From positions 1 through 57,058 of IMG/VR virus record IMGVR_UViG_3300027679_000006: a stretch of 57,058 nt of DNA; one strand, written 5' to 3'. The first letter of the stretch is position 1. Every line of letters begins with the position of its first letter. Shown here one piece after another: positions 1-9,307 of the stretch. The notes below the pieces were generated by a model, which worked only from the letters and a program-made list of their open reading frames with translations, searched no databases and was not told the origin of the DNA. The stretch comes from a virus. Lineage: Duplodnaviria > Caudoviricetes. Both the position numbers and the translations under genes were made by a program.

Positions 1-44
1 GGTGGAGTCGGCTTTTACTTCACCTCAGCAACGAGGTATGCAGG

Positions 45-212
45 ATGACCGTTGAAGACTTGTTCAAGAAGATTGGCGCCCAGACCATGGAGATTGACGC
101 GCTTCGTCTAGAGATTGATAAGTTGACCAAGATTGTTGCGCAACTACAGGCAGAGTCGGTCAATGACGCGATTGATGCCTCAAAGGGAAACGGCGAAAAG
201 AAGACGAAGTAA
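45..212 (+). CDS. hypothetical coiled-coil protein (55 aa)
   Basis: Hand-translated MTVEDLFKKIGAQTMEIDALRLEIDKL...; GAGG upstream; stop abuts next ORF. Confidence 0.6.
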   Translation: MTVEDLFKKIGAQTMEIDALRLEIDKLTKIVAQLQAESVNDAIDASKGNGEKKTK

Positions 213-641
213 GTGATCCGGGATGTCGTTAGCGCCCACAGGGCGAAGAACCCGGCACCGTACAGGGAATTTAACGAGGTCTTAGTAAAGGTCTTAGAGA
301 AGTACGGGATGACGTTCAACACCTTTGCAAGAGTTGCCGCAAGCCTTGGCGTCGAGATGACGTTCAATCGCCTGCGGGACGTCTACTACGAGCGCGTTAT
401 TATTATGGACAACGACATCCTGACGCTTAAAAAGGTCTTGGCTGCGCCCGCGAAGGACGCAACCTCAACCAGGATTATCGCCATGTACCGAAATTCCGTG
501 GACGCAATGTGCCGTTCGTGCGCAAACAACGACAAGAATCCAAAATGCTGGGATGCAACCTGCCCACTCAGGCCGGTTTCCCCGCTCCCCCTTGCAGAGG
601 GCAACGACCTTGAGGAGGACGATGACAATGATTTACTCTGA
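213..641 (+). CDS. hypothetical protein, possible HTH plus C-terminal Cys cluster
   Basis: 142-aa ORF; CRSC...C...CPL motif; acidic tail. Confidence 0.6.
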   Translation: MIRDVVSAHRAKNPAPYREFNEVLVKVLEKYGMTFNTFARVAASLGVEMTFNRLRDVYYERVIIMDNDILTLKKVLAAPAKDATSTRIIAMYRNSVDAMCRSCANNDKNPKCWDATCPLRPVSPLPLAEGNDLEEDDDNDLL

Positions 642-918
642 TCAGATGAAGCACCCCACGGAAATTGTTATCCGTTACACGGGCAGTTCCGCACACGCCA
701 AGTGGCACGTGCTTTATGGTGGCGTCATCCAGGACACTGCAACCTCCCCTGAACGAGCCCTTGAGGCTGCCGCAAGATTCATTATCAGCACAATGACTGA
801 TGATGACGAGAGCGGGGAGATGCGCATTCGCTGGGTTGACGTTCCGGCGGGCTTTATCCCACCTAACGCCTCCGCCCTAGCCCCGATTATCGAGGACGAC
901 TCCGAGCCGATCCACTGA
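628..918 (+). CDS. hypothetical protein
   Basis: GAGGAGG at 612-618 before ATG 628; in frame with ORF 553..918. Confidence 0.55.
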   Translation: MIYSDQMKHPTEIVIRYTGSSAHAKWHVLYGGVIQDTATSPERALEAAARFIISTMTDDDESGEMRIRWVDVPAGFIPPNASALAPIIEDDSEPIH

Positions 919-1399
919 GCGACTTCCCGCAGTGCGGGCACTTCTTATCTATCTTCTCTGAGTCTAGCGGGCCAGTGTCCATTGATGAGGCAATAAGTGC
1001 GTCAACGTCCTCTTGGTCGTAGCCCGTTGCTAGAAGGTCCCCATCTGCCGCTGCTGCTGATAGAAGCGCAGCAAGAGAGTCTTCGTTGTAGTCAGCCTTG
1101 TCGGAGACCCTGTTGTCTGCAAGCATAATGTTGCGTGCCCTGCGGTCGTCTACATCAAGGAAGATGACAGGAACTTGCTTCCACCCGAGTTGACGAACTG
1201 CCATGAGTCGGTGATTCCCAACCAGCACAAAGTTGGTTGATTTCTGTGCAATAAGCACACCGTACCAGCCGTTCTGGCTGATAGAAGTAATAATCGCCCC
1301 AACGTCTCCATCCCGAGGGTTATCGGGATGATTGGTAACCTGGTCGATTTCTACCCAGGCCACCGAGACATCGGGGCGATCACTAGCGGCTTTCGCCAC
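887..1399 (-). CDS. ParB/Srx N-terminal domain protein
   Basis: HPDNPR, SI...GW, VLVGNHRL.A...LG, LADNR motifs; C-terminal CPHC. Confidence 0.85.
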   Translation of the reverse strand: MAKAASDRPDVSVAWVEIDQVTNHPDNPRDGDVGAIITSISQNGWYGVLIAQKSTNFVLVGNHRLMAVRQLGWKQVPVIFLDVDDRRARNIMLADNRVSDKADYNEDSLAALLSAAAADGDLLATGYDQEDVDALIASSMDTGPLDSEKIDKKCPHCGKSLSGSARSRPR

Positions 1400-1401
1400 G
1401 A

Positions 1402-1809
1402 TTACGCCTTTGGCTCCTCTTCGAGGTCATTGGTTCCGTCGCCGTCAACATCAAGCCAACCAGCCTCGCCAGCAAGGCTTCCAGCCAACTGATCCGCCAC
1501 GCCGTCGCCATTGGTATCAATAGCAGAGCCGGTAATGTGCGCGGTGCTTGCCTGCTCTTCGCGGCGAGCCTTTGCCTTGCCAACGCCGAACTTTGTGTCC
1601 TCTGGGTTGAGGGCACGAACGATTACCTGAAGGGTTGCCGCAATGGCACCCGAGGCAACTGTTCGGAAGTCCTGTGTCGACATGTCAAGAATTGGTGCGC
1701 CGGTGGCAAGCATTACTGCAATACCGGTGGCGAGTCCGACGCGGAACGCTTCAAGCAGCGCCTCGTCTATACCCGTGTTGTCAAAAATCCACTTAATCTT
1801 TGCAATCAT
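1402..1809 (-). CDS. holin-like membrane protein
   Basis: Two hydrophobic segments then RALNPED..FG; directly downstream of the putative endolysin. Confidence 0.6.
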   Translation of the reverse strand: MIAKIKWIFDNTGIDEALLEAFRVGLATGIAVMLATGAPILDMSTQDFRTVASGAIAATLQVIVRALNPEDTKFGVGKAKARREEQASTAHITGSAIDTNGDGVADQLAGSLAGEAGWLDVDGDGTNDLEEEPKA

Positions 1810-1821
1810 GATGTTCTCCTA

Positions 1822-2595
1822 CTAACTTTTTACGCCCGTGCCGCCACAGCGTGGGCACGGTACTGATGCTACCGGTGCCGCCGGCTGCGGTGCTGGAGCA
1901 ACTGGAGCCGCAGCAACGGGTGCTGGGGCAACTGGTGCTACTGCCTGAGCCACTGGTGCTGGCGCGACCCAACCCTTTGGCGCTGTGATAATGATGATGT
2001 GCTTAAACGCTGGGGCAACGTGCTTCTTAGACACGCGCTTTGAGTCGGCAAGAGCGAGGAGAATCTTCTCGTCAATCTTTACGCCGAACTGCTCAGCACC
2101 CTTGCCGGAGCGCGTTGGGCACGCCCACTGCCAGCCATCGATTGGGTCGTACACGGCTGAAGTCATATGTCCATACGTACGGGTAGGCTGCTTCTGCTTG
2201 ACCCACCACCAGCGCTGCCACTTTGCATGCCATGCGGAAACCTCAAGAGTCTTAGGATAGCCAGCAGGCTGCTCAACCCACACGCCCAAAGCCGCGCCGG
2301 CCTTGGCAGAGTTGATGACATCGTTCCAGTCCTTTGCCCAGCGGGCATCAGCACCAAGAACCTTTGCTGTCTTTATAAGGTCAGCAAGCGTTGAGCCGTT
2401 GTCGCTTACGCCCTGCTTCTCCACAAAACCAGTTGCCTTTGCCTTAGCGGCAATGCCGTCTGCGGCAGAGAAGTCCTTGCCTGGGGCGTACTTAAACGCC
2501 CAGGAAACTGCTGCAGCAACAGATGATGGCCCGCAGTCGTCAAGAATGCCGCCCTTCTCTTCGTGGTCCAACTGACTCTTAACCTTGTACTTCAT
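1822..2595 (-). CDS. putative endolysin, C39-like cysteine peptidase
   Basis: SQ..DDCGPSS catalytic Cys motif and YGHM His; lies between tail genes and holin; Pro/Ala linker. Confidence 0.65.
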   Translation of the reverse strand: MKYKVKSQLDHEEKGGILDDCGPSSVAAAVSWAFKYAPGKDFSAADGIAAKAKATGFVEKQGVSDNGSTLADLIKTAKVLGADARWAKDWNDVINSAKAGAALGVWVEQPAGYPKTLEVSAWHAKWQRWWWVKQKQPTRTYGHMTSAVYDPIDGWQWACPTRSGKGAEQFGVKIDEKILLALADSKRVSKKHVAPAFKHIIIITAPKGWVAPAPVAQAVAPVAPAPVAAAPVAPAPQPAAPVASVPCPRCGGTGVKS

Positions 2596-2669
2596 GGTTT
2601 CCTACCTTTCCGGGGAGTGCCCCGCTGATGTGGCATATCATACACGATGTAACAAAAGACCTCAAGCCT

Positions 2670-5600
2670 TTAGCGGCTTTCCAGTTCTGCAATTCTTGCT
2701 TCAAGGGCGCTGTTCTTCTGGGCCAACTCCTTAATTGCGCCAACAAGGAAGACTGGTAGTTGGGAATATTGAACACTTTCAATCTCCCCAGTCTCTTCGT
2801 TGTATCTGCAAATACGCTTCATGTTATCGCTAATCGCCTCAACCTCTTCAGCAATCAGTCCGGTCATTGAGCCAGTCTCCTCGCTCTTAGTTGTTTCTGG
2901 GTTCCATTTAAATGTTACTGGCCTCAACTGCAGAACATCACTTAGCGGAACAGTGAAATCTTCAATATCCTGCTTGTACCTTCTTGCGGAACTAAATCTC
3001 GAAATCGTTCCAGCCCCCGAAGTGGTACTAATGTAAAGATCAGATGAACTTGAAGTGACGGAAACGCTGACACGTAGATCCTCAGTCACATAAAATAGGC
3101 CTGAGGAATACCAAATTTGCCCATCCGTTGCACTGTCAAAAACAATACCGCTTGTGATAGTGTCACCTACGGTCAATTTCTCTGCTGAGATGTTTGCAAA
3201 GGTCGAAGTTCCGCTACCGCTGTAAAAATTGATTTCTCCCACAGCATCTGATTGAATTCCTGCGTTGTACGTCGCGTCTCCTCTTCGGAAAAGAACTCTT
3301 GGAGTTGTTCCTGATGTGCCGTGCCGAACGATGAGGTCTCCTCCGGCCGGCTGGATGCTGATATCTCCGGAACTTTCAATAAGGCTTGTTAGCACTCCGC
3401 TGCTTGCAGTAAGGTCACCATCAACAGTAAAGGCGCCACTAGTACGAATAACGTTTGTCGCGCTTTGATAAAGGTTGCCACCGCCCGTGTACTTGGGGGT
3501 TGCCGTACTGTTGAATACCAATTCGCCATCTGCCGGGATAACGAGGTTCGCTGTGCCAATATTATTAAGACCGGCATTGTTTCCAAGAATCAATGAGCCC
3601 GTTGCGACTGCTCCTGCGTCACCTGTTGTTTGCTGGAATCGAGTAAGTCCACCGCCAAGGAATTGCAGGCTCTTGTACGCCGTGAAACTTGTTATCGTGC
3701 CGCTCGCTGTTGTACCTGTAGGCATTTGATAAGTGAAACTTACCCCTGGTGTGACAGCAGTGACTTTTGCGTTAATAACATAAAAATTTGCAGGGGTAGT
3801 CGCTGTGGTAATAAACATTCCAACAAGAATGTCTGTTCCCGTGTATGTCACTACAACGTTTCCAGTTGTTGTATTTCTTGTTGCAGAATACCCGGCGCTT
3901 TTCGCTAGGGTTCCATCGGTAAGAATCAGGGATGCACCCTGGGAAAGGCTCGGTTGAAGAGTTAACTTTCCTGTGTTTGTACTGTTAACCTCTGTGTCTG
4001 TTCCTACAATCGTAACGTTAGTTGCTGTAAGGTCGCCTGTGGTTGCAACGCGGAACGGCGCAGAAGATGCAGTGCTGTTTCCAGCAAAGAATGGGAATGT
4101 ACCAGGAAGCAGTCCAACCGCTGATCCCTCAGTTCCCGCAGTAAGCGACGTTGAACTCAGGGTAAAGCCGCCAATGGTTCCAGAACTTGCCGTTAGTGCT
4201 CCGGCATTTGTTACCGAGTAGAGCGCCGATGCGCCACTGCTGCTTGTTGCGCCAGCAAAAAATGCCAAGTCTGTGTCTAGTGCGGTATCAATGATGCCTG
4301 CATACTTTGTTGCGCCTAAGTTTGTTATTCGGTCAGAACCAATTGCCCAGCCGCCAATCTGGCCGGCAGAGGCAGAGATTGTTCCAGTAAACGAGCCGCT
4401 CGTTGCAGTCACTGCGCCAGTAATGGTGGCGTTGGTAGCCGTAAGCGCCCCTGCGTTTGTCACCGTAAATGTTGCGCCAGTTCCAGTGCTTGTGGTTGCG
4501 CCAGCAAAAATTGCAACGTCCGCTGCGTTAGCGGCATCAACAAGGGCAACAAACTTTGATCCTCCGGAGTTGTAAATCTTGTCTGACCCAATAAGCCAGC
4601 CGCCAACAGTACCCCCAGTGGCAGTAATATTGCTAGTGGAGATTGTTCCAGTAAACGAACCAGACGAAGCGCTAATGGTTCCGGAGATGTCTACGCCCGT
4701 TGCAGTAAGTGCACCCGTGCTGGTCACCCTGAACGGAGCGGTCGAAGCGGTAGAGCCACCAAGCCACAATCGATATGCCGGATCACTAGACGAGAGCCTT
4801 GCGACATTGGAGCCCGTTCCGAGGGTAATGTCTCCAGCGCTTGCAATAGTGGTATTCCCGCCGGTGAATGAGGTGGAAGAGAGTGTCCAGCCGCCAACTG
4901 ATCCTGATGTCGCCGATATTGCGCCAGTGGATGTAACGCTAAATGGCGCAGCCGAACCGGTAGAGTGGCCGAGCCACAGCCTATAAACTGCATCTGTCGG
5001 AGATATAACTGCCACATTATTTCCAGATCCAGCAGTTACAACTCCGGCATTTGTAACAGAGAAGTTTGTTGCCGTTAGGGCGTTGCTGTCTAGGCTGCCA
5101 ATATTAATAGCCCCAGCATTAATAAAGTCAGCGTTAATAGTGACTGCTGCTGTGGTTGCCTCAATAACATTTTCATTTGGGTCTGCTGGGTTTTTTAGGG
5201 CAAACTTATTTCCCTCAACGGTCATCCATGCTGCCGTACTTCCGCCATCACCCCCAACCGCCATCTGGCTTCCCAGGTAAACAAAACCGGTAGCACTTGC
5301 ATCAGATAGTGGACCAGAGGCAAGATCTCCGCTTTCGTAAGTAAAAGTTGTGCTTGTTGGGGTTGAGGCAATGACAAAGTAGCCATTTGCCCATGCTGCA
5401 GATCCATATGTTCCTGAGGTGTCAACAAGAATACGTGCACCAACAGTGTACTTATCTGCGTTGTATGCCGATGTAGTTGTAACAGTGACAACTCCGGTTG
5501 TTGCTGCAAGTGCAATTACATCGATTGATGGTCCTAGTTCGCCAATTAAGACTTTTCCGCCAAATACCGTAATGTTTTTAGCGCTGACAGCGCCATTAGT

Positions 5601-8600
5601 GCTGACAGTGAATGGGGCCTCTGATGGATTTGACTGTCCAGCCCAGATTCCGCTAAATGCTGGCGAGGCATTGGTACCGACGCGGACCACATTCTCTCCG
5701 GCACCAACCGTTAGTTCGTCGGCGGTAATGCCGGAAACGTCAATAAAGTCGGCGTCAAGTGTTGCGGTAGAGCCGTTCACTTGAAGCACAATGTTACCCG
5801 CGTCGTCGCGGATCGTTATGCCGTCCTTGTCCACCTCAAACTGCGGGGCTGTAGCGGTTCCGTCAGAAACAATAGTCATTCCCGTTGATATGGTAATCGT
5901 GCCGGCGGTAATCTTGTCGGCATTAATAGAGTCAATGTTAGCGTCAGTAATCGTCGCATTGGCGATCTGCGCACCGCTGATTGAGGCGGTAGTGATGTCT
6001 ACCCCTCCATCGATCCTGCTTGGAACGCTGCTGGTGGTGTTGTAGGCTACGCCAGTTGCGCCTCCGCTTCCTGGAGTTCCGCTCTCATTGCCCGTTCGGT
6101 CTAGGGAGGTAACCGCATAGTTATAGCCAGAAGAGTAGTTTGCAAAATCAGTATCAACATATTGCGTGGCTGAGGTTTCGGCAATTGCCGCATACGCCCC
6201 AGTGTTGTGCACCCGTCGATATACCCTGAACCGAGCAAAGTCTGTGTTGATTGCATTGAGCAGCGGTGTCTCTGGGTTATAGAAATCAAACTGCCAGGTA
6301 ACGGTGTTGCTCTTGAGTCCGGGGGTAACAGTCGTGCTGTACGGCGCCTCGCATGGGGTCTCATCTTGCGGCAGGTCAATCTCGTCGGACGACCACGGGG
6401 ACTTGTTGTTCGTGTTGTCGATCGCGGCAACGCGATAGTAAAGAGTTCTTCCTGGCTCTGCCTGGAAGGTGTGCACAACGTTCGCCTTCACCCCTGTTGA
6501 TGCGCTCTGTGAGTCAGAGGTCTGGCTAACGTTTGCTCGCTGTACCTCTGTAAAGTTTTCGTCGTACCCATACTCAACGGTGTAGTGGGCAAAGTCGTCC
6601 TCTGGGCTTGGGGTCCACTGTGCGGTCACACTTGCCCTGGTAACCCCGTCTGGGGTCTGCAAAAGTGCCCCTACGGGGGCTGTGACGGCGAGGGACTGCG
6701 GCGCCTCTGGGGCAATGGTGTCATTAAGCCTTGCCGTTGCTGCCTGCATGTCGGCAAAGATTTGGGTGACTCCGCGCTTTGTTAGCAGCGGGTCATCGCC
6801 AACGGTAACGGTGTAGTAAACGCGATCGCCAAGGAGTTTTGCCTTAATGCCCTTGACCATAAGCGGCTCTGCCGTGTCATCCGCAGCCCATACAAATGGG
6901 ATAACCTCGCCAACCATTGGCACCTCTGTTTCAAATGTGTCGAACTCCCACGTTCGCTCTGCAATCCCCTTCTCTTCCCAGAAAGAAAGAGCCCGCGTAG
7001 ATGCCTTGTCGTCATTATCAACAAGGCTATCGTTGATTGCTGCCTCAATAATCTTTCCGCCTGCCTCCCAAATTCCTGGAGCAAAGTCAAAGACCTTGTA
7101 GTAATACACGCTGGGCTCAGGGGAGATGGCAGCCCCGCCAGCGGCTGGTGACTGAATGCTGAGTGTTGTTCCCCCCTGCGTTGCCTTAAGCCGCATGGCA
7201 AATCGCTTCGTCCCAACATAAATCTTGTAGGAAGACGCGCCAGTAACGGCAGACCACGAGGCGTATAGTTCCCTGTTGCCGTCAATGACATCCTGATCGG
7301 TAATGGTCTCTGTGGCGTATTTACAAATAATATCGGTGTCCCCAACGGTGGCAACAACTCGAACGTAATACTTTGCTGCAGCAAGAGTTCCTGCCAAGAC
7401 TTTTCTAAGAGTCAGGCTAATGTCCGTCTCAACAGACTCAAGTTCGCTCGGGTTATTTGCATCCTTGTAGACACCGTACACAAGAAGTCGGTTAGCAACC
7501 TTCGATGCGGATCGTGGCGCCTTTGGCGTTTCGAATGTCTTCATTGGCAGCGCGTAGGCGGTTTCTGATGGGCTGTCAGAGAAGCCCATGCTACCCGTAA
7601 CCTTCACAACCGAGAAGTCAGTCCAGGCAACCTCGTCTCCGCCGTTGCGCTTTTTCATAAAAACAATTCTTGCCGTTACTGCCGTCGCACCTGCCCGAGC
7701 CATTGCCCACGCCTTGCACCATCGCCCGTCGTCTGTTGAGTCAAAGGATATATTTCTTTCAAGGTTATACGATGACCCAACTTGAGTCGTTCCACCCGCG
7801 TCGCTGTAGAAGCGCAACTCCGCGTCCCAGTCCAAAGAAAAGTTTGTCTTCGCCCAGCCCTTTACCCTGGCAAAGTAGTACTGGTTTCCTGTTACTGGAA
7901 TTGCCGCAGTCTTGCTTTCTGCCGTGGTAGCGCCAGCGGTGGCAACAATTGCCCGTCCGTAACCGTACGGCCCGCGATCCTGCAGGACAGAATGCCCCCC
8001 GGCAACGGAATAACCCAAAGATGCTGGGCTAGACTCAAATCTTGGGTTATCTACGAGTTCCCGCGCCTGCTTGTTGGTGTAGTGCAGGTCCTTGTTGGCA
8101 TCAACCCAGAATACGCCGCCCGTCTTTTCAATAATAATGTTGAGCGCCTGCTTGAGCGTTTTGCCACCAAAGGGGCTGGTAAGAACGATGCCGGTCTCAA
8201 GCGTTGGGCTGAATCGGTATGACTTCTCTGGGTCGGGGGTGCCATCGTTAAGTTTCTTAGCAGTCTCAACGTAGGAAGTCTGATTGTCGATGCCAGGGTC
8301 AAGATCTGGGTCAAGCCCGTTGAAGATGCCTTTATAGTTATCGTTTTCCGAGTCAGATGATCCGCTGATAATGTCGACGTCAATGGAGCCCTTTTGAACC
8401 TTGTCCTCAGGGCTGAGATCGCCAGAAACAGCCGGTGCAGTGCTTAGGCTATACGTAGCCGTTGGGCTTGTAACGGTGGCCTTGTAGTACATGTCCTTAA
8501 CGCCAATGCCAGACTTTGCAAAGACCTTGTAATACGTTGCGCCAGCAACGGTGCTCCAGTTCAGCCGGATTGTCCGAAGTTCTGGATCAGAAACCCCTGG

Positions 8601-9293
8601 TGGATCAATGTCTGTTGCAGTAAGGTTCTGGCTAACATGTGTAAATATTTCTACAATCTCGTTGCCGGCGTTGTAGGCAACAACTCGGAAGGTGTATGGT
8701 CCGGCGGTAAGGGTTGCACCGCCGGCTATAACTTCTGTCGTAAGCCCGCTAATCGTTGGTCGCTCGCCAAGAACTGCGGAAACAGTCGGGGCGTTGTAGT
8801 CACGAATAATCAATTCGTCGAGCAGGGCGGTATAGTCCGCGCACTCTATCCTCTGGACAACAAACGCATCACCCTGTCGCTCGGTGTCGACGCTTGAAAC
8901 AACGCCGCCCCAGAGGGTGCGCACTACCTCATAGTGACCACTAACTAGCGCCCACTCCTGGACTTTTACTTCTGTCCTGTTGGCTATATCGATAAAAAAT
9001 GACGGATCATTTACTGCGTCCACCATGCCTAGAGAAACATCGGTGTAGGCGTCTAGACCATTACCGCTTGTGCCCCAGGAAGCGTAGTCATCGTATCGTG
9101 TGGTGGAAAGGTTGAGCATCGTGAATATATCGAAACGGAGGGCGGTGTTCTGCTCAGTCGCCTGCTGCTCCCACTGCAGGGACTGATAGTCAACGCGCTT
9201 GCTGACGTCGATCCAAATTTCCTCTTGGATGGCCGTAGAGGTCTGGGGGTACCCAGGCCTGTATTGCATTAAGACCCTAATCTGGTTAGGCAT
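2670..9293 (-). CDS. tail tip/fibre fusion protein with FN3-like, CBM-like and beta-repeat regions and C-terminal intramolecular chaperone (Peptidase S74-like)
   Basis: 2207 aa directly after TMP; C-terminal SSARRYKQDI..LRPVTFKW..GLIAEEV..Y..L..GAIKEL coiled coil; FN3 YYRVAAID...SPWS. Confidence 0.85.
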   Translation of the reverse strand: MPNQIRVLMQYRPGYPQTSTAIQEEIWIDVSKRVDYQSLQWEQQATEQNTALRFDIFTMLNLSTTRYDDYASWGTSGNGLDAYTDVSLGMVDAVNDPSFFIDIANRTEVKVQEWALVSGHYEVVRTLWGGVVSSVDTERQGDAFVVQRIECADYTALLDELIIRDYNAPTVSAVLGERPTISGLTTEVIAGGATLTAGPYTFRVVAYNAGNEIVEIFTHVSQNLTATDIDPPGVSDPELRTIRLNWSTVAGATYYKVFAKSGIGVKDMYYKATVTSPTATYSLSTAPAVSGDLSPEDKVQKGSIDVDIISGSSDSENDNYKGIFNGLDPDLDPGIDNQTSYVETAKKLNDGTPDPEKSYRFSPTLETGIVLTSPFGGKTLKQALNIIIEKTGGVFWVDANKDLHYTNKQARELVDNPRFESSPASLGYSVAGGHSVLQDRGPYGYGRAIVATAGATTAESKTAAIPVTGNQYYFARVKGWAKTNFSLDWDAELRFYSDAGGTTQVGSSYNLERNISFDSTDDGRWCKAWAMARAGATAVTARIVFMKKRNGGDEVAWTDFSVVKVTGSMGFSDSPSETAYALPMKTFETPKAPRSASKVANRLLVYGVYKDANNPSELESVETDISLTLRKVLAGTLAAAKYYVRVVATVGDTDIICKYATETITDQDVIDGNRELYASWSAVTGASSYKIYVGTKRFAMRLKATQGGTTLSIQSPAAGGAAISPEPSVYYYKVFDFAPGIWEAGGKIIEAAINDSLVDNDDKASTRALSFWEEKGIAERTWEFDTFETEVPMVGEVIPFVWAADDTAEPLMVKGIKAKLLGDRVYYTVTVGDDPLLTKRGVTQIFADMQAATARLNDTIAPEAPQSLAVTAPVGALLQTPDGVTRASVTAQWTPSPEDDFAHYTVEYGYDENFTEVQRANVSQTSDSQSASTGVKANVVHTFQAEPGRTLYYRVAAIDNTNNKSPWSSDEIDLPQDETPCEAPYSTTVTPGLKSNTVTWQFDFYNPETPLLNAINTDFARFRVYRRVHNTGAYAAIAETSATQYVDTDFANYSSGYNYAVTSLDRTGNESGTPGSGGATGVAYNTTSSVPSRIDGGVDITTASISGAQIANATITDANIDSINADKITAGTITISTGMTIVSDGTATAPQFEVDKDGITIRDDAGNIVLQVNGSTATLDADFIDVSGITADELTVGAGENVVRVGTNASPAFSGIWAGQSNPSEAPFTVSTNGAVSAKNITVFGGKVLIGELGPSIDVIALAATTGVVTVTTTSAYNADKYTVGARILVDTSGTYGSAAWANGYFVIASTPTSTTFTYESGDLASGPLSDASATGFVYLGSQMAVGGDGGSTAAWMTVEGNKFALKNPADPNENVIEATTAAVTINADFINAGAINIGSLDSNALTATNFSVTNAGVVTAGSGNNVAVISPTDAVYRLWLGHSTGSAAPFSVTSTGAISATSGSVGGWTLSSTSFTGGNTTIASAGDITLGTGSNVARLSSSDPAYRLWLGGSTASTAPFRVTSTGALTATGVDISGTISASSGSFTGTISTSNITATGGTVGGWLIGSDKIYNSGGSKFVALVDAANAADVAIFAGATTSTGTGATFTVTNAGALTATNATITGAVTATSGSFTGTISASAGQIGGWAIGSDRITNLGATKYAGIIDTALDTDLAFFAGATSSSGASALYSVTNAGALTASSGTIGGFTLSSTSLTAGTEGSAVGLLPGTFPFFAGNSTASSAPFRVATTGDLTATNVTIVGTDTEVNSTNTGKLTLQPSLSQGASLILTDGTLAKSAGYSATRNTTTGNVVVTYTGTDILVGMFITTATTPANFYVINAKVTAVTPGVSFTYQMPTGTTASGTITSFTAYKSLQFLGGGLTRFQQTTGDAGAVATGSLILGNNAGLNNIGTANLVIPADGELVFNSTATPKYTGGGNLYQSATNVIRTSGAFTVDGDLTASSGVLTSLIESSGDISIQPAGGDLIVRHGTSGTTPRVLFRRGDATYNAGIQSDAVGEINFYSGSGTSTFANISAEKLTVGDTITSGIVFDSATDGQIWYSSGLFYVTEDLRVSVSVTSSSSDLYISTTSGAGTISRFSSARRYKQDIEDFTVPLSDVLQLRPVTFKWNPETTKSEETGSMTGLIAEEVEAISDNMKRICRYNEETGEIESVQYSQLPVFLVGAIKELAQKNSALEARIAELESR

Positions 9294-9307
9294 CCGGACT
9301 CTCCATG

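Noticed and set aside
2670-5700. Diversity-generating retroelement target in tail fibre
   Set aside because: Repeats are degenerate protein-level repeats; no adenine-specific TR/VR pair or reverse transcriptase seen
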